Source of the DNA: Octopus sinensis
Lineage: Eukaryota
Direction: 5' to 3'
Assembly: GCF_006345805.1 (NCBI RefSeq)
Contig: NC_043014.1
Coordinates: 50,592,001-50,656,000 of the forward strand
Length of the DNA: 64,000 nt
Positions 52,373-64,000 of this stretch are shown here, one piece after another (position 1 is the stretch's first letter; the number at the start of each line of letters is the position of its first letter). Below the pieces are notes generated by a model that worked only from the letters and a program-made list of their open reading frames with translations, had not been told where the DNA came from and did no database searches. The position numbers and the translations under genes are program-made.

Positions 52373-52664
52373 ACAGTTCTATATTTAAGAGATGAAGAAT
52401 TATTTACATTATTTACATTTGATGGATATTTGTCCTCATCTTGTTTGTTGTTAACAGAACGTTTCGGCTGATATACCCTCCAACCTTCATCAGGTGTCTT
52501 GAGGAAATTTCGAACCTGGATTCTCATTCCTAAGGTATTTTTTCGATGTTGTTGTTGTTGTTATTATTATTGTTATTATTATTATTATTCAGGTCACTGG
52601 CTGGAATCAAACTCGGATTCTTGGGGTCAGTAGCGCGTGCTCTTAACCACTACGCCATATGCCC
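52373..52664 (-). mobile_element. Composite tRNA-head / (AAT)n(AAC)n / hammerhead-tail SINE (family F), intact architecture
   Basis: Reverse complement: GGGCATATGGCGTAGTGGTTAAGAGC (A box)...GAGTTTGATTCC (B box)-CAGTGACCTG-(AAT)n-(AAC)n-...GACACCTGATGAAGGTTGGAGGGTATATCAGCCGAAACGTT... Confidence 0.8.
52453..52498 (-). ncRNA. Minimal type I hammerhead fold, canonical CUGAUGA/GAAA core with extra A10
   Basis: Reverse complement: GACAC CTGATGA A GGTTG-GAGGGTATAT-CAGCC GAAAC GT T CTGTT. Confidence 0.8.
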
Positions 52665-52693
52665 GTAATGTAAATAATGTTAATGATTGATAT

Positions 52694-52923
52694 GTTTCTT
52701 TATTACCCACAAGGGGCTAAACGTAGAGGAGACAAACAAGGACAGACAAACGGATTAAGTCGATTACATCAACCCCAGTACGTAACTGGTACTTAATTTA
52801 TCGACCCCAAAAGGATGAAAGGTAAAGTCGAACTCAGAGGATTTTGAACTTAGAACGTGACGGCAGATGAAATACGACTACGCATTTCGCCCGACGTGCT
52901 AACGTTTCTGCCAGTTCGCCGCC
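52694..52923 (-). mobile_element. SINE family B, full length
   Basis: Matches the family consensus. Confidence 0.92.
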
Positions 52924-53759
52924 TTTCCAATTTGTGTATAGTATTGTGTATCATTTGTATGTAAGAGCTTCCGTTGTTGAACTTTTTAGACACACGTGTT
53001 ACGGACGAGTTCGTACAGAGAAAGTTGACTTTAGGAATACTGTAGACAATTCACATTTAGCTTCGAGTTTAGAACTCCAATGATACAGTATTCTTTTAAC
53101 TTTTCAAAAACAACCTCTAATTGAATATTTGTGTGTTCTACAATTATGTAACATTTGTTAGCTATAATATAAATAGCTGCTGAGCACCACGATCGGTGTA
53201 ACCGACTTAATTCTTCCCCAAGATTTCAGACCTCGTGAAAGGAAAAATATTCATGCAGTTTATTCAGCAAACCAAAGCATCGGTGCCAACACATTTTCTT
53301 ATTCGTTGAGCTATGAAGACTATGCGGTTTGCTTCTTGCTGCTCCATCATTCGTCATAAGTATTGATATTTTCAAACGTGAGAGCCAAATACATTTTCTT
53401 ACAAGTAATGCGCAGTGTGTGACATGCTGCTTAAATACAAAATTTAATATTCAACAAATAGTTTTTTGCAAATTTCTCATACAAGGATAAAAAAAAAAGT
53501 GTCAATACTCGAAAAAAAAAAAGAAACAAAAAATGTAACAAACAAACTGATTGTGGAATGGCGAGAGAAAAATTTGGCGAATCACATGGTATGCTTTTAA
53601 TAGTATGTAACAAATTGCTAGCAAAAACCTACTGAAATATTATATGTCTGGTTCTACGACAGCTAATATATCATATTTAAATATGCAATAAAAATCAGCA
53701 TATTCGCTTTCAAACCTTCCGACTAGCAAACTTGTAAAGATGACTGCGAAAGTTATAAA

Positions 53760-53931
53760 CACTTGAAATGATTTTGTGCGTGCGTGTGCGTAGTGTTAGT
53801 ATATTATAAATACATACATACATACATATACATACATATATATATATATATATATGTATGGATAGATAACTACATAGATAAATAGACAGATAGAGATATC
53901 AATGAAGACATAACTACATTTATGTGCGTGC

Positions 53932-53986
<55 letters not shown>

Positions 53987-54203
53987 TATTCAATACATGA
54001 CCATATGTACTGATATAGATAAATGTATGTGTTTATCTTTATGTATATATGTTTGTGTCTATATATATATATATATATATATTTGTATACATCTATATGA
54101 ACACATGTGTGCATCTATTTGTTCGTGTGTATAAGTATTTATACGTCTGCATATAACATATATAATATATTTATATATGTATGTATATATATATACATAT
54201 TTA

Positions 54204-54257
<54 letters not shown>

Positions 54258-54894
54258 TATATATATTCATATGAATGCTTATATATTCACACACACACAC
54301 ATACGTACGTACTCAAACACATACATATATATATATACATATAATACATGCGTAAACATATACTTACCTATGCTAATATAATGACCACATATATAACGAT
54401 CTGGTGTGTTTAAGATAAGTCAGACAGAGTAAATACGTTTAGTAATTGATCATATTTTGCACTAAAATAGCCGCCATCTAACAAGTATTGGTTATTTCGA
54501 TATTTGATTAGATTTTCTCTCACCAAATGTTAAATAACTGCCTTCAATAAAGATATTACGGCTTTCCATAGACTACTGAGATCAGTCAATAATGTGTAAT
54601 GAGCAAGAATATTAAATCGGACCTTAGGCCCTTAGAAGAACTGCGAGAAGAAGGAAATTAAAAGTCTGTGTGCTACTGATGGTACGTTATACTATGGGGG
54701 GTAAAACATGAAAGTTTTTCCCTTTGAACAAAGTAAAATGTGTATAATTATATATGAAATTTAAGGTAGATTTATAGCGCGTTTGATGTTCCATAGGTCT
54801 ATTTCCATTATCTGTCCAGCATTTGTTACTTGGAACTAACCAGAAACACATGTCAGCATTTGGTAATCTATCTATCTATCTATCTATCTATCTG

Positions 54895-54963
<69 letters not shown>

Positions 54964-55059
54964 TTATCTAACTATCTTTATTTCATTGTCTCTCTCTATA
55001 TCTACCTATCTTTACATATATACACATATGTATATCGCCATGTATCTAATTCTATCTAT

Positions 55060-55107
<48 letters not shown>

Positions 55108-55140
55108 TTATCTAACTAACTATATATATATATATATATA
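53760..55140. repeat. (TA)n/(TG)n tracts and a (TATC)n tract at 54865-55120
   Basis: Direct inspection; unique sequence intervenes at 54370-54860. Confidence 0.85.
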
Positions 55141-55574
55141 ATTATTATTTGAGGGAACATTATTCCTAACTTACAGGGAACAATTCAATTTAGAAATACT
55201 AAATCAAATTTCACAACATATAATATATAATTTATATATATAATATATAAATTAGAAAAATCACCTTTTATCAATTCAAAATGAACAATTAAATTACACC
55301 ATCTAGAAAATTATATATAATAGAAATATTAAAATTAAAATAATAATATACCGATGATTAAGTAAATTGCAAAATAATAATAAAAACGAATATATTTGGT
55401 CACACACACACAAGCAATGCCATCGCCAGAAAGAATAGTTGATATGAATCATTATATCTTTGTTGGAAACGGCTACCTCCCTAGCTGGAAGAGTTATGAT
55501 AATTAAAAAATAGCAGAGACATAATACATACATATATACATACATGCGTATATACATATATATGTGTTAGTTAG

Positions 55575-55735
55575 TTAACTTTTTTAGCTCAAAAAGCAAA
55601 AAAGCAAGGCCATGTAGGGGGACATGGAGTTATGTACAGGGTGGTGTTCATGTAAAGAGTTCAGGCCACTTGTGGTCAAGGGAGACTTCGAACCGAGCGG
55701 TTGTCGGCATCTTCACCATCTCGTCCGGCAGCTTA
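55575..55735 (-). mobile_element. CR1/L2-type LINE 3' end
   Basis: Reverse complement translates KLPDEMVKMPTTARFEVSLDHKWPELFT*, fitting WNxLPxEVVxAxSxxxFKxxLDxxW. Confidence 0.7.
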
Positions 55736-55739
55736 TATG

Positions 55740-55895
55740 TGTGTCTGTGCGTGTTTATGTACCAGCAACCTAGCAGCTCGGTAAAAAGCACCGATATAAT
55801 AAGTACTTGGCTTTAAATATATAAGTCCTAAGGATGATATGTTCCACTACAACACTACAAGGTGGTGCCCAGCGTGGCTGTGGTCAAATGGCTGA
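55740..55895 (+). mobile_element. SINE family A, decayed 3' fragment
   Basis: ctcggtaaaaagcaccgatataataagtact...ggtggtgcccagcgtggctgtggtcaaatggctgaaac. Confidence 0.65.
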
Positions 55896-56006
55896 AACAC
55901 CATAAAACATTATATAAGTATATATATATATAATATATATATATATATTATCAGAAATATTAAAATTCTAAATATCTCATAGAGATATGTACGGTGGTGT
56001 GGCAAT

Positions 56007-56258
56007 AGAATGGTTGTATACTGTCAATTTAACGTGACAGTAGGGGGTTACACTACCGCTGTTTAGCCCTAGGAAGCATCGACGCTTCCTGTCGGCTTCG
56101 ACACATTTTCTGTGTCCTTATATATTTCCTGTGTCCTTAATATATAAGGACACAGGAAATGTGTCGAAGCCAACAGGAAGCGTCGATGCTTCCTAGGGCT
56201 AAACAGCGGTGGTGTAATCCCCCACTGTCACGTTAAATTGACAGTATACAACCATTCT
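56007..56258. mobile_element. Near-perfect foldback (arms about 115-130 bp) carrying the three-helix motif
   Basis: agaatggttgtatactgtcaatttaacgtgacagt...ctaggaagcatcgacgcttcctgtcggcttcgacaca is the reverse complement of tgtgtcgaagccaacaggaagcgtcgatgcttcctag...actgtcacgttaaattgacagtatacaaccattct, with few mismatches. Confidence 0.92.
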
Positions 56259-56268
56259 CTCTCCTCTC

Positions 56269-56320
<52 letters not shown>

Positions 56321-56689
56321 TGTACAACGATTTTCATAGTTTTCCTTTATCCTATTCACTCACAATACATTGGCTGGCTCGTTGCCATGCAGCAGAACTT
56401 ACTGATCCAACGCGATGCTCTGCGCGAATGAACCGAAAATCACGTGGCTGCAGAGCGATGTTCTTAACCACGTAGCCGTGCCAACAGCCACTCATTCACA
56501 CATGCGCAAATGTACATTTAATTATTCACGTACGCTCATTTCCATATTACTTCAAGTTGCGTGTACTTATATGTGTGTGTGTGTATATATTTGTGTTGAG
56601 ACGAATCTGACGGTCGGAGAGGCACTTGTGCTGTGGAGAAGGTATTTCGGTTCCTTTAATTTACAACTTTTGACACGACATTGAGATTA

Positions 56690-57010
56690 AATTTTGGTCT
56701 ACGAAATGGCACAGATAAACAGGAAAATTTCCAAGAGGCTCATTATATACGCGCACATAGGCATTAAATATATATATGTGTGTGTGTGTGAGTGTGTGTG
56801 TATGTGTGTGTGTGTGTGTGTAATATACATATGTATATATATATATATGTATGTATATATATATATGTATATATATATAGTTATGTATATATATATGTAT
56901 ATATATATATATATATATGTGTATGTGTGTGTATACATATATATATTCATATATATGCATAAGTATATCTGTGAACACCGCACATATATATATATATATA
57001 TATACTATAT

Positions 57011-57057
<47 letters not shown>

Positions 57058-57341
57058 ATATATTATATATATATAAGAACATATGTGTGTACAAATGCAT
57101 ACAAACATTTTCATGTAAGTGTATGTGTGCAAATATATATGTATGTATATATATAATATATATACATACATAGCAAACTAGTGTTATGTATTCGCCAATC
57201 GAATATATACTGCTGACTCAATGTCTTAAAACACCATTAAATTACGATTTCTCTTTATTTATCGATGATTAGCGAACGAAAGGGAAAGAGAAACGAAAGA
57301 GAGAAAGAGTGATGCAGAGAGTGTGTGTGAGAGAAAGAGAG

Positions 57342-57405
<64 letters not shown>

Positions 57406-57410
57406 TGTGT
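56690..57410. repeat. (TA)n/(TG)n/(GA)n tracts
   Basis: Direct inspection. Confidence 0.9.
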
Positions 57411-58429
57411 TAGTTTAGAAATAGAGAAACGAAGCGAGTGAAGGGAAGAAAATGAGAGCAGTACATTTGCATATATGCAAAGGTGCATATATTTCTGATG
57501 TACTTTAGTTTGAATGTGTGCCTATAAGAATGTCTCTGCGCTTCTGCGTCTACGCCTCTGTGTGCGTGCGATTGCTAGCATATACGTGTGTCTGATTACT
57601 GCCGCTCAATGAATATTTTGGGCCAGTTTAAATTAATAATGATCTATGACGCACATTTATTCGGAAGCAGATTCGCTATGTAGGTAGGTTGATCAATCGA
57701 CTTCCTTTTTCTCTCTTTCTCTCTCTCCTCTCTCTCTGTCAGTCTGTCTCTGTCTCTTTCTCTTCTTCATGTTTAATACCTGCAGGTGTTGGCAACCATA
57801 TACCTCTATGTAAAACTCTGAGAATGTGTGATTTTTTTTCTTTAGAAAAAGCAGTGTAGATTCTCTGTTGTAGATTCTCTTCTGGCCTAGGTACAGTTTT
57901 CGCAAGTTCGCTGGAGTTTATTTTTAAGACACAGGGTATGTTTGATGCGTATGAAGAGAACCACATTCGTATGACATCAAGTAATAACCAACACCAGATC
58001 AATTTGTAATGAGGATCCGTCAGAAGATACCCTCCATCCGAGTCCGGTATTCTTTAGCAACAAGCACCTATTCTGCTCTGTCACCCATAACTGGGACAGC
58101 TGTCAGGTTGTTATTAACCGCAAATGAAAACGAACACGGGCCTAGTAGTCGTGATTAATAGGTAACTTCCTGACTCCCAAATCTGTTGAATTCCCAGGGT
58201 CAAGTTGCCTTCTGATATTTTTATTTCGAATCTATGTTTCTCTTCTTTGCTCAGCATGAGTCGATTGCATATTCTATCGCACCTCCCCCATTCTTAGCTG
58301 CCATGGCAACTATTCTCTGACGTCTCATAATACTTTTTATGACATTCACTCACATCATTTCTGTTTGTCTGTCTCTCCGTCTGTTTGTCCCTCTGTCTAT
58401 CTGTCTCCTTCCCTGTCTATCTCTCATTC

Positions 58430-58500
58430 TCGACCTTCTTTGACGACTCCAGACATTAATATCCATCGCAAGCACCTTTTCCTCAATTTCCTGTATTTTA
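58430..58500 (-). mobile_element. Possible RTE LINE remnant
   Basis: EEKVLAMDINVWSRQRRSR resembles the RTE xKLxAxEMxxWRRxxRxS motif. Confidence 0.3.
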
Positions 58501-58905
58501 TTTATTTGTCCATCATCTAAACGGCAACCACTTACACTATCTTTTTCTCTGTCTCTTTCTCTTTTACTCCCCCTATTTCTCAACCCAGCCGAAGTGTAAG
58601 CTCTTGAAATATTCATCACTCCTCACGGTAGAGCAATTTATCTAACACTTCCAAAAACTCATCGATCCATCAAATTTTGCACCGCTCAGACTGTCACCAA
58701 TTACGGGGGATTTCAAAATTTACCTCGTCGTATCAGAAACGCAACTGGAAATTTATACGACCAATTTTAGTTAACAGTTCGTCGTTTTAGAAATTTTACT
58801 TTAGATTTCCGACAAAATTAACGTTTTGTGACCATGATTGCATTTTAAATAAAGCAGAGAGAGAATGAAAGAGAGAGAGAGAGAGAATTTTAATATATGT
58901 CACTG

Positions 58906-59136
58906 AAGCGGCGAGCGGGCAGAAACGTTAGCACGCTGGGCGAAATGCATAGCGTTATTTCGTCTGTCTTTACGTTCTGAGTTCAAATTCCGTTGGTTAG
59001 TCGACTTTGCCTTTCATCCTATCAGGGTCGATTAAATAAATACTAGTTACGCACTAGGTCGATCGAATCGACTTAATCCGTTTGTCTGTCCTTGTTTGCC
59101 CCCTCTGTGTAACCCCTTCTGGGCAGGAAAGAAATA
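58906..59136 (+). mobile_element. SINE family B, full length
   Basis: gcggcgagcgggcagaaacgttagcacgc...gtcgactttgcctttcatcc...gaaagaaata. Confidence 0.9.
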
Positions 59137-60346
59137 ATAATTAATGGTAATACATGGCAACATTTTAGAACACATATCTTTTAGCATTACACATTCTACG
59201 CATAATATTACGAACATGACTAAGGTATGTGTGTGTGTGTGTGTGTGTGTGATGTGTGTGTATATGTGTATGTAAGTATGTATAAAATTATACCCTTACT
59301 ATAATAAGGTGGCAATGACTTTGAAGATTTGACTTGCAGGCATCCTTATTCGTTACAGCAATCAACTTTGAATCCCACAGTATATTTTATCGCACATATG
59401 TGGGCTCGAACCAGAAACCACACGTTTGCATGTTGGAACTCCGAACCACCTAACCACAGCAACTGTGCTTGTATCGAGACTATATTGCAAGTAAAACAGA
59501 TAATAGATCAGAAGCAAATATTTTGATGAGGATCATTTACGATGAATTAATTCTATATTTAACATCTCTTTCAAAGTTTCGTAATGGAAGTAGTCTGCAT
59601 GTTTTATCATAGACACAGTTGACGGCAGAATAATGAGAAGAAGGCTCCAGAACATTCGAGAAATGCTAAATATTTATCGCTAATTATGTGCTGAAATATA
59701 GTTGCCTGAAGCATGTACAATATATCATAATTACATCCACTAATGGAGCAGTTCAAATTACCTATTGGTGTTTGTGGTATTATAGATGTCTTGAATACAA
59801 CCAGTAATGGCGACCTTTGCACCAACTGTGCAAAGCACCGTTGGTTAGTCTCTTTGAACGCAATTAGATATTAATCAACCCCAAACTCCCAGATCTATTA
59901 AAGTTTGGCAATAGTTTGAGTTAAAATACCATGTTGTTATTTATTGCCAAGGAAACTAACTACTAACAGTTGATCTTGGTAAAACTAGTTTAATATAATA
60001 TCATAACTTTCGTTTCGTGAAGAGGGGAAAGGAGTTTATTTACGGAATAAGATGACTTTTAATCAATATTATATCATGTTATACAACATAACACACGGTT
60101 AGGCAAAGCTGAGTAGTAAAGCGTTTGCTTTGAGAACTACATGGCTTCGTTTTCAATTTTATTACGTGGATACTTGGTGTTTTCTGTTATAGCTAAGCGC
60201 CAACCAATGCCAAAGGAGTGGAATTAATACAGGGGAAACTAAAAGCAGCCCATGGAATTTAGGTGCTTATGTTTGTGTTTTTGTCTGAGCGAGAATATTT
60301 TTGTTTGTGTCTCACTACCAATTTTGCACACATCGATTTTAAGAAA

Positions 60347-60581
60347 ATGTTTTCCTTTCTGTATTGCCCACAGGGGGCTAATAGACGGGACAAACAAGGA
60401 CAGACAGGGGGTTGAAGTCGATTACATCGACTCCAGTGATTAACTGGTATTTATTTAATCGATCCCGAAAGGATGAAAGTCAAGTCGACCTCGGCGGAGT
60501 TTGAACTCAGAACGTAGCGGCAGGCGAAATATCGCTAGGCATTTCGCCCGGCGTGCTAACGTTTCTGCCAGCTCGCTGCCT
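60347..60581 (-). mobile_element. SINE family B, full length
   Basis: Matches the family consensus. Confidence 0.9.
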
Positions 60582-60619
60582 TTTCTGCCAGAAGATTAAA
60601 AGAATTCTCATAGGCTGCA

Positions 60620-61070
60620 ATAACCGGTATTCCGTCGGTTTTGACGATGCGTGTTTCAGTTTATCTAACCAACGGAAAAGCCTGCTCGTGAAATTAATCT
60701 GCAAGTGGCAGAACACTCCACGGACACGGGCACCATTAATGTAGTTCTCAACCAGGTTGTTATATCCCTGCGCCGCCTATATCGCTGTACGGTGATATTG
60801 TCGATATTACAGAAACGATGGCAGTAACAAACCAGTACCGGATCAAAAATATTTACGAACCAAAAATCAATATTTCCAACACACTAAATCGAACTTTAAA
60901 CTGTAACTGAACTTCGAAGACCAAACTACGAACTGCCGGCTACGTCAGGCCGCTACTATTTATATGTGGTGGTCCCATCTATTTTTGTAAGAGGGTGTCG
61001 TACTCCCGTCACAACACAGATTCAGCTTGACACAGGATGTCACAAAGCTGGGCTATTGAAATACTCCTTT
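60620..61070 (+). mobile_element. Repeat family D, split by a solo LTR
   Basis: gcctgctcgtgaaattaatctgcaagtggc...gtagttctc resumes after the LTR as gattcagcttgacacagg...tgtcacaaagctgg. Confidence 0.65.
60758..61016 (-). mobile_element. Solo LTR (259 bp)
   Basis: TG...CA ends with short inverted repeat (TGTTAT/ACAACA); 5-bp target duplication caggt (60753-60757) / cagat (61017-61021) with 1 mismatch; TATAAATAG on the minus strand. Confidence 0.75.
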
Positions 61071-61275
61071 CAATTATAGGCACAGGGCCTGAAATTTTGT
61101 GGTGTGGATTAGTTGATTACATCGCCCTAGTGCGTAATTGGCACTTAATTTATCGATCCCGAAAGGATGAAAGGCGAAGTCGACCTCGGCTGAATTTGAA
61201 CTCAGAACATTAAGATGGACGAAATATCACTAAGAATTTTGCCCGTCGTGCTTACGATTCTGCCAGCTCGCTGCC
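61066..61275 (-). mobile_element. SINE family B
   Basis: Matches the family consensus with the ataggcacagggcctgaaattt tail. Confidence 0.88.
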
Positions 61276-61975
61276 TTGGGGCTGTTGAAATACTGATATA
61301 ACTAATTGTTCCTAGCTGAGCAGATTGGAGCAACTTGATAAAGAGTTTTTTGCTCAAAGAAACAACGCGCCGCTGCGAATCGAACCCACAGCTTTACTAT
61401 CGTAAACCAAATACTTCTAGCATCTAAGCTACGTGCCTTCACATACATGGTAATCTTAATCCTTTATTAGCTGACATGTTTTTACGCAATTATGAGTTCG
61501 ATTATCTGAAGCAGTTATTGTGGTGAAAGACCTGGGTTCGGCTAAACAACTTGGGGTTTGCTGCTAATATACTGCTGATAATATGACTCCAAATTCCACG
61601 ATCTTAAAGCAGTTTATTGGTTGACTTTGTTCAAGAATGTAGAGGCATCAAGAACTAGTTAATGTTAACCGTCTTTAAAATACCGTAAACAACAATGGTT
61701 GATATCAACAATGGTTGGAATACCGGAAACGAACCGGGTGACTATCAGGCAGGCTGGAGAGAAAAATTCTTGTGGAGACTATAACCCATTCAGAAGCTGT
61801 TCCGAATATTAGCGTAACAGGATACTGCCTACTGCATGTCTCATCCCACAGGTACCAGAAAGAATCCTGGGGCTTTAAACACCCTGGCGACATATGCACA
61901 CACACACACACGCACATGCAAACATTTAACGCACAGCAACACCTGCATTCAAGAAATATCAAATATGTATGTATG

Positions 61976-62205
61976 TATTTCTTTACTGTCCACAAGGGGC
62001 TAAACACAGGGAGGACAAACAAGGACAGACAAACGGATTAAGTCGATTACGTCGACCCCAGTAGGTAACTGGTACTTTATTTATCAACCCCGAAAGGATG
62101 AAAGGCAAAGTCGACCTCGGCGGAATTTGAACTCAAAACGTAAAGACAGACGAAATACCGCTAAGCATTTCGCCCGGCACGCTAACGTTTCTGCCAGCTC
62201 GCCGC
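61976..62205 (-). mobile_element. SINE family B, full length, near consensus
   Basis: Matches the family consensus. Confidence 0.93.
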
Positions 62206-62829
62206 TTTTAACAAATGCATATATATATATATACTCTTGAGAGTGTATACAAACACCGGCAATTGGATTCGAACGCGTAAAAATTTTATTTCACATTTCA
62301 CAGTTAACATCAGTCAGATTTTTCGAACCACTTAACGATTGATGTGAGTACTTTAAAATGTTAAATTGAAAAGTTATTATTCGCTATAAAAAACAGCCAC
62401 GTTTACCCAGTACCAGTTGTAGCGTTTCAGATTAAGTTTTTCTCTATATTTTTTTTAAACCACTACATTTGCAGCACCTTTGATTTTCGCTCCTCGTGTT
62501 CTCACTTTAGTTCTTCTCTATCAATTATGGAAATGGCATTTTATAACCCAATATGATTTCCTATTTTGCACCATACACATATACAGCTTGTGTGTTCTTT
62601 TATTTGGTTTATTTTTTTATATGTGTGTCACAAAGGTGGAGTATAAAGAAGGATACCATTAAAATGGCGGATTATAAATCACAGGGTTATGTGTTACTTT
62701 TTTTATTATTTTCTCTTGGGTTTATTTATTTATTTTTTTTCGTTTTCTTTTTAATTCGGATAAAAACGGAATATATGAAAAAAGAGTAAAAGAACAAACG
62801 CCCGAAACGTAGAATTGCTATGAAAAGAA

Positions 62830-62852
62830 ATTATATAAAAATATAAAGTAAT

Positions 62853-62912
<60 letters not shown>

Positions 62913-63201
62913 CATACATACATACATACATACTACATACATACATACATATATATATATATGAACACACACAAACACACACAACACACACACACACACA
63001 CATATATATGTATATATACATACATACATTAATATATATATATATGTGTATGTGTGTGCGTGAGTGTGTGTTTGTGTGTGTGTATATAGATATATATTAT
63101 GTATGTTTATAGGTCTTTGGGCGCGTGTATATGTGGGTGGAAAATAATAACTATTATAATGATGATGCTGATGGTTGCCATGATAGTAATGATAGTAATG
63201 C

Positions 63202-63242
<41 letters not shown>

Positions 63243-63719
63243 TAATAATAATAATAATAATAATAACAACAATAATGATAATACCAATAACCACCACCTC
63301 CTCCACAACAACAACAATCATAAGAATAATAATGCTAATAATAAAAACAATAATTATAATAATAATAATAATAATAATAATACTAAGAGTAACAATAATG
63401 ATCTTAGTGACAATGGTGACGACAATGATGACGATGATGATGATGGTGGCGGTGTTGGTTATAATATAATTAATTATGATAATAGAAAACAACAATAAAA
63501 ACAATAATAGCAACAGTAATAGTAATAACAAAAGTGATAAAAATAACATTAATAAAAGCAACAATGAGAAGAACACCGGCACCACGACCACCACGACGAC
63601 CACCACCACCACCACTAAAACAACAACAACAACAACAAAAATAATAATAATAATAATAATAATGAAAAGATAATAATAATAATAATAATAATAACAACAA
63701 TAATAATAATGATAATAAA

Positions 63720-63753
<34 letters not shown>

Positions 63754-63755
63754 TA

Positions 63756-63815
<60 letters not shown>

Positions 63816-63840
63816 TAATAATATAATAATAATAATAATG
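62830..63840. repeat. (TA)n/(CA)n tract followed by a long (AAT)n/(AAC)n/(ACC)n tract
   Basis: Direct inspection. Confidence 0.95.
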
Positions 63841-64000
63841 CACTGTTGTGTATATATATTTTCCTTGCTTTCTTCATTTAAATATTTTTTTTCTGAGTTG
63901 CCAAACACACTTCAAACACATTGAATTCTGAAGAAAAAACATTAAAAATAATTTCTTGGAGACACAGACAGAAGAATATCTTTGAAAAGTAATTCCAACC

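Noticed and set aside
52591-52664. tRNA gene call for tRNA-like heads (also 28678 and 40987)
   Set aside because: They have A/B boxes but no acceptor-stem closure; these are SINE heads, not tRNAs.
56175-56245. Similarity to the pistol ribozyme (UAGGGC, CACGUUAAAU)
   Set aside because: The P1 helix and pseudoknot pairings of pistol are absent.

Overview
Very AT-rich eukaryotic DNA made up almost entirely of repeats. The SINE, Helitron and Penelope repeat families and the extreme (TA)n/(GATA)n/(AAT)n microsatellite load look like an octopod cephalopod genome; this is pattern recognition, not a database result. I could not support any host protein-coding exon, so the window is probably intergenic or part of a very long intron. 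Nearly all ORFs in the supplied track are translations of microsatellites. Recognisable content: two abundant tRNA-derived SINE families (called A and B here, about 25 copies) plus minor families; decayed Tc1/mariner transposases (DD34D and DD37D types); Helitron helicase fragments and non-autonomous Helitrons; RTE, CR1/L2 and R4/Dong LINE remnants; Penelope-like element (PLE) RT and GIY-YIG remnants; and one solo LTR. The most interesting signal is RNA-structural. About a dozen minimal type I hammerhead-ribozyme folds from at least six PLE-related subfamilies show compensatory changes in stems I and II. Several sit as inverted pairs in foldback palindromes. One occurs in a composite of tRNA head, (AAT)n and hammerhead that appears twice and looks like a ribozyme-bearing SINE. 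A separate covarying three-helix motif of unknown function recurs at three loci. Coordinates are hand-counted and may be off by a few bases.
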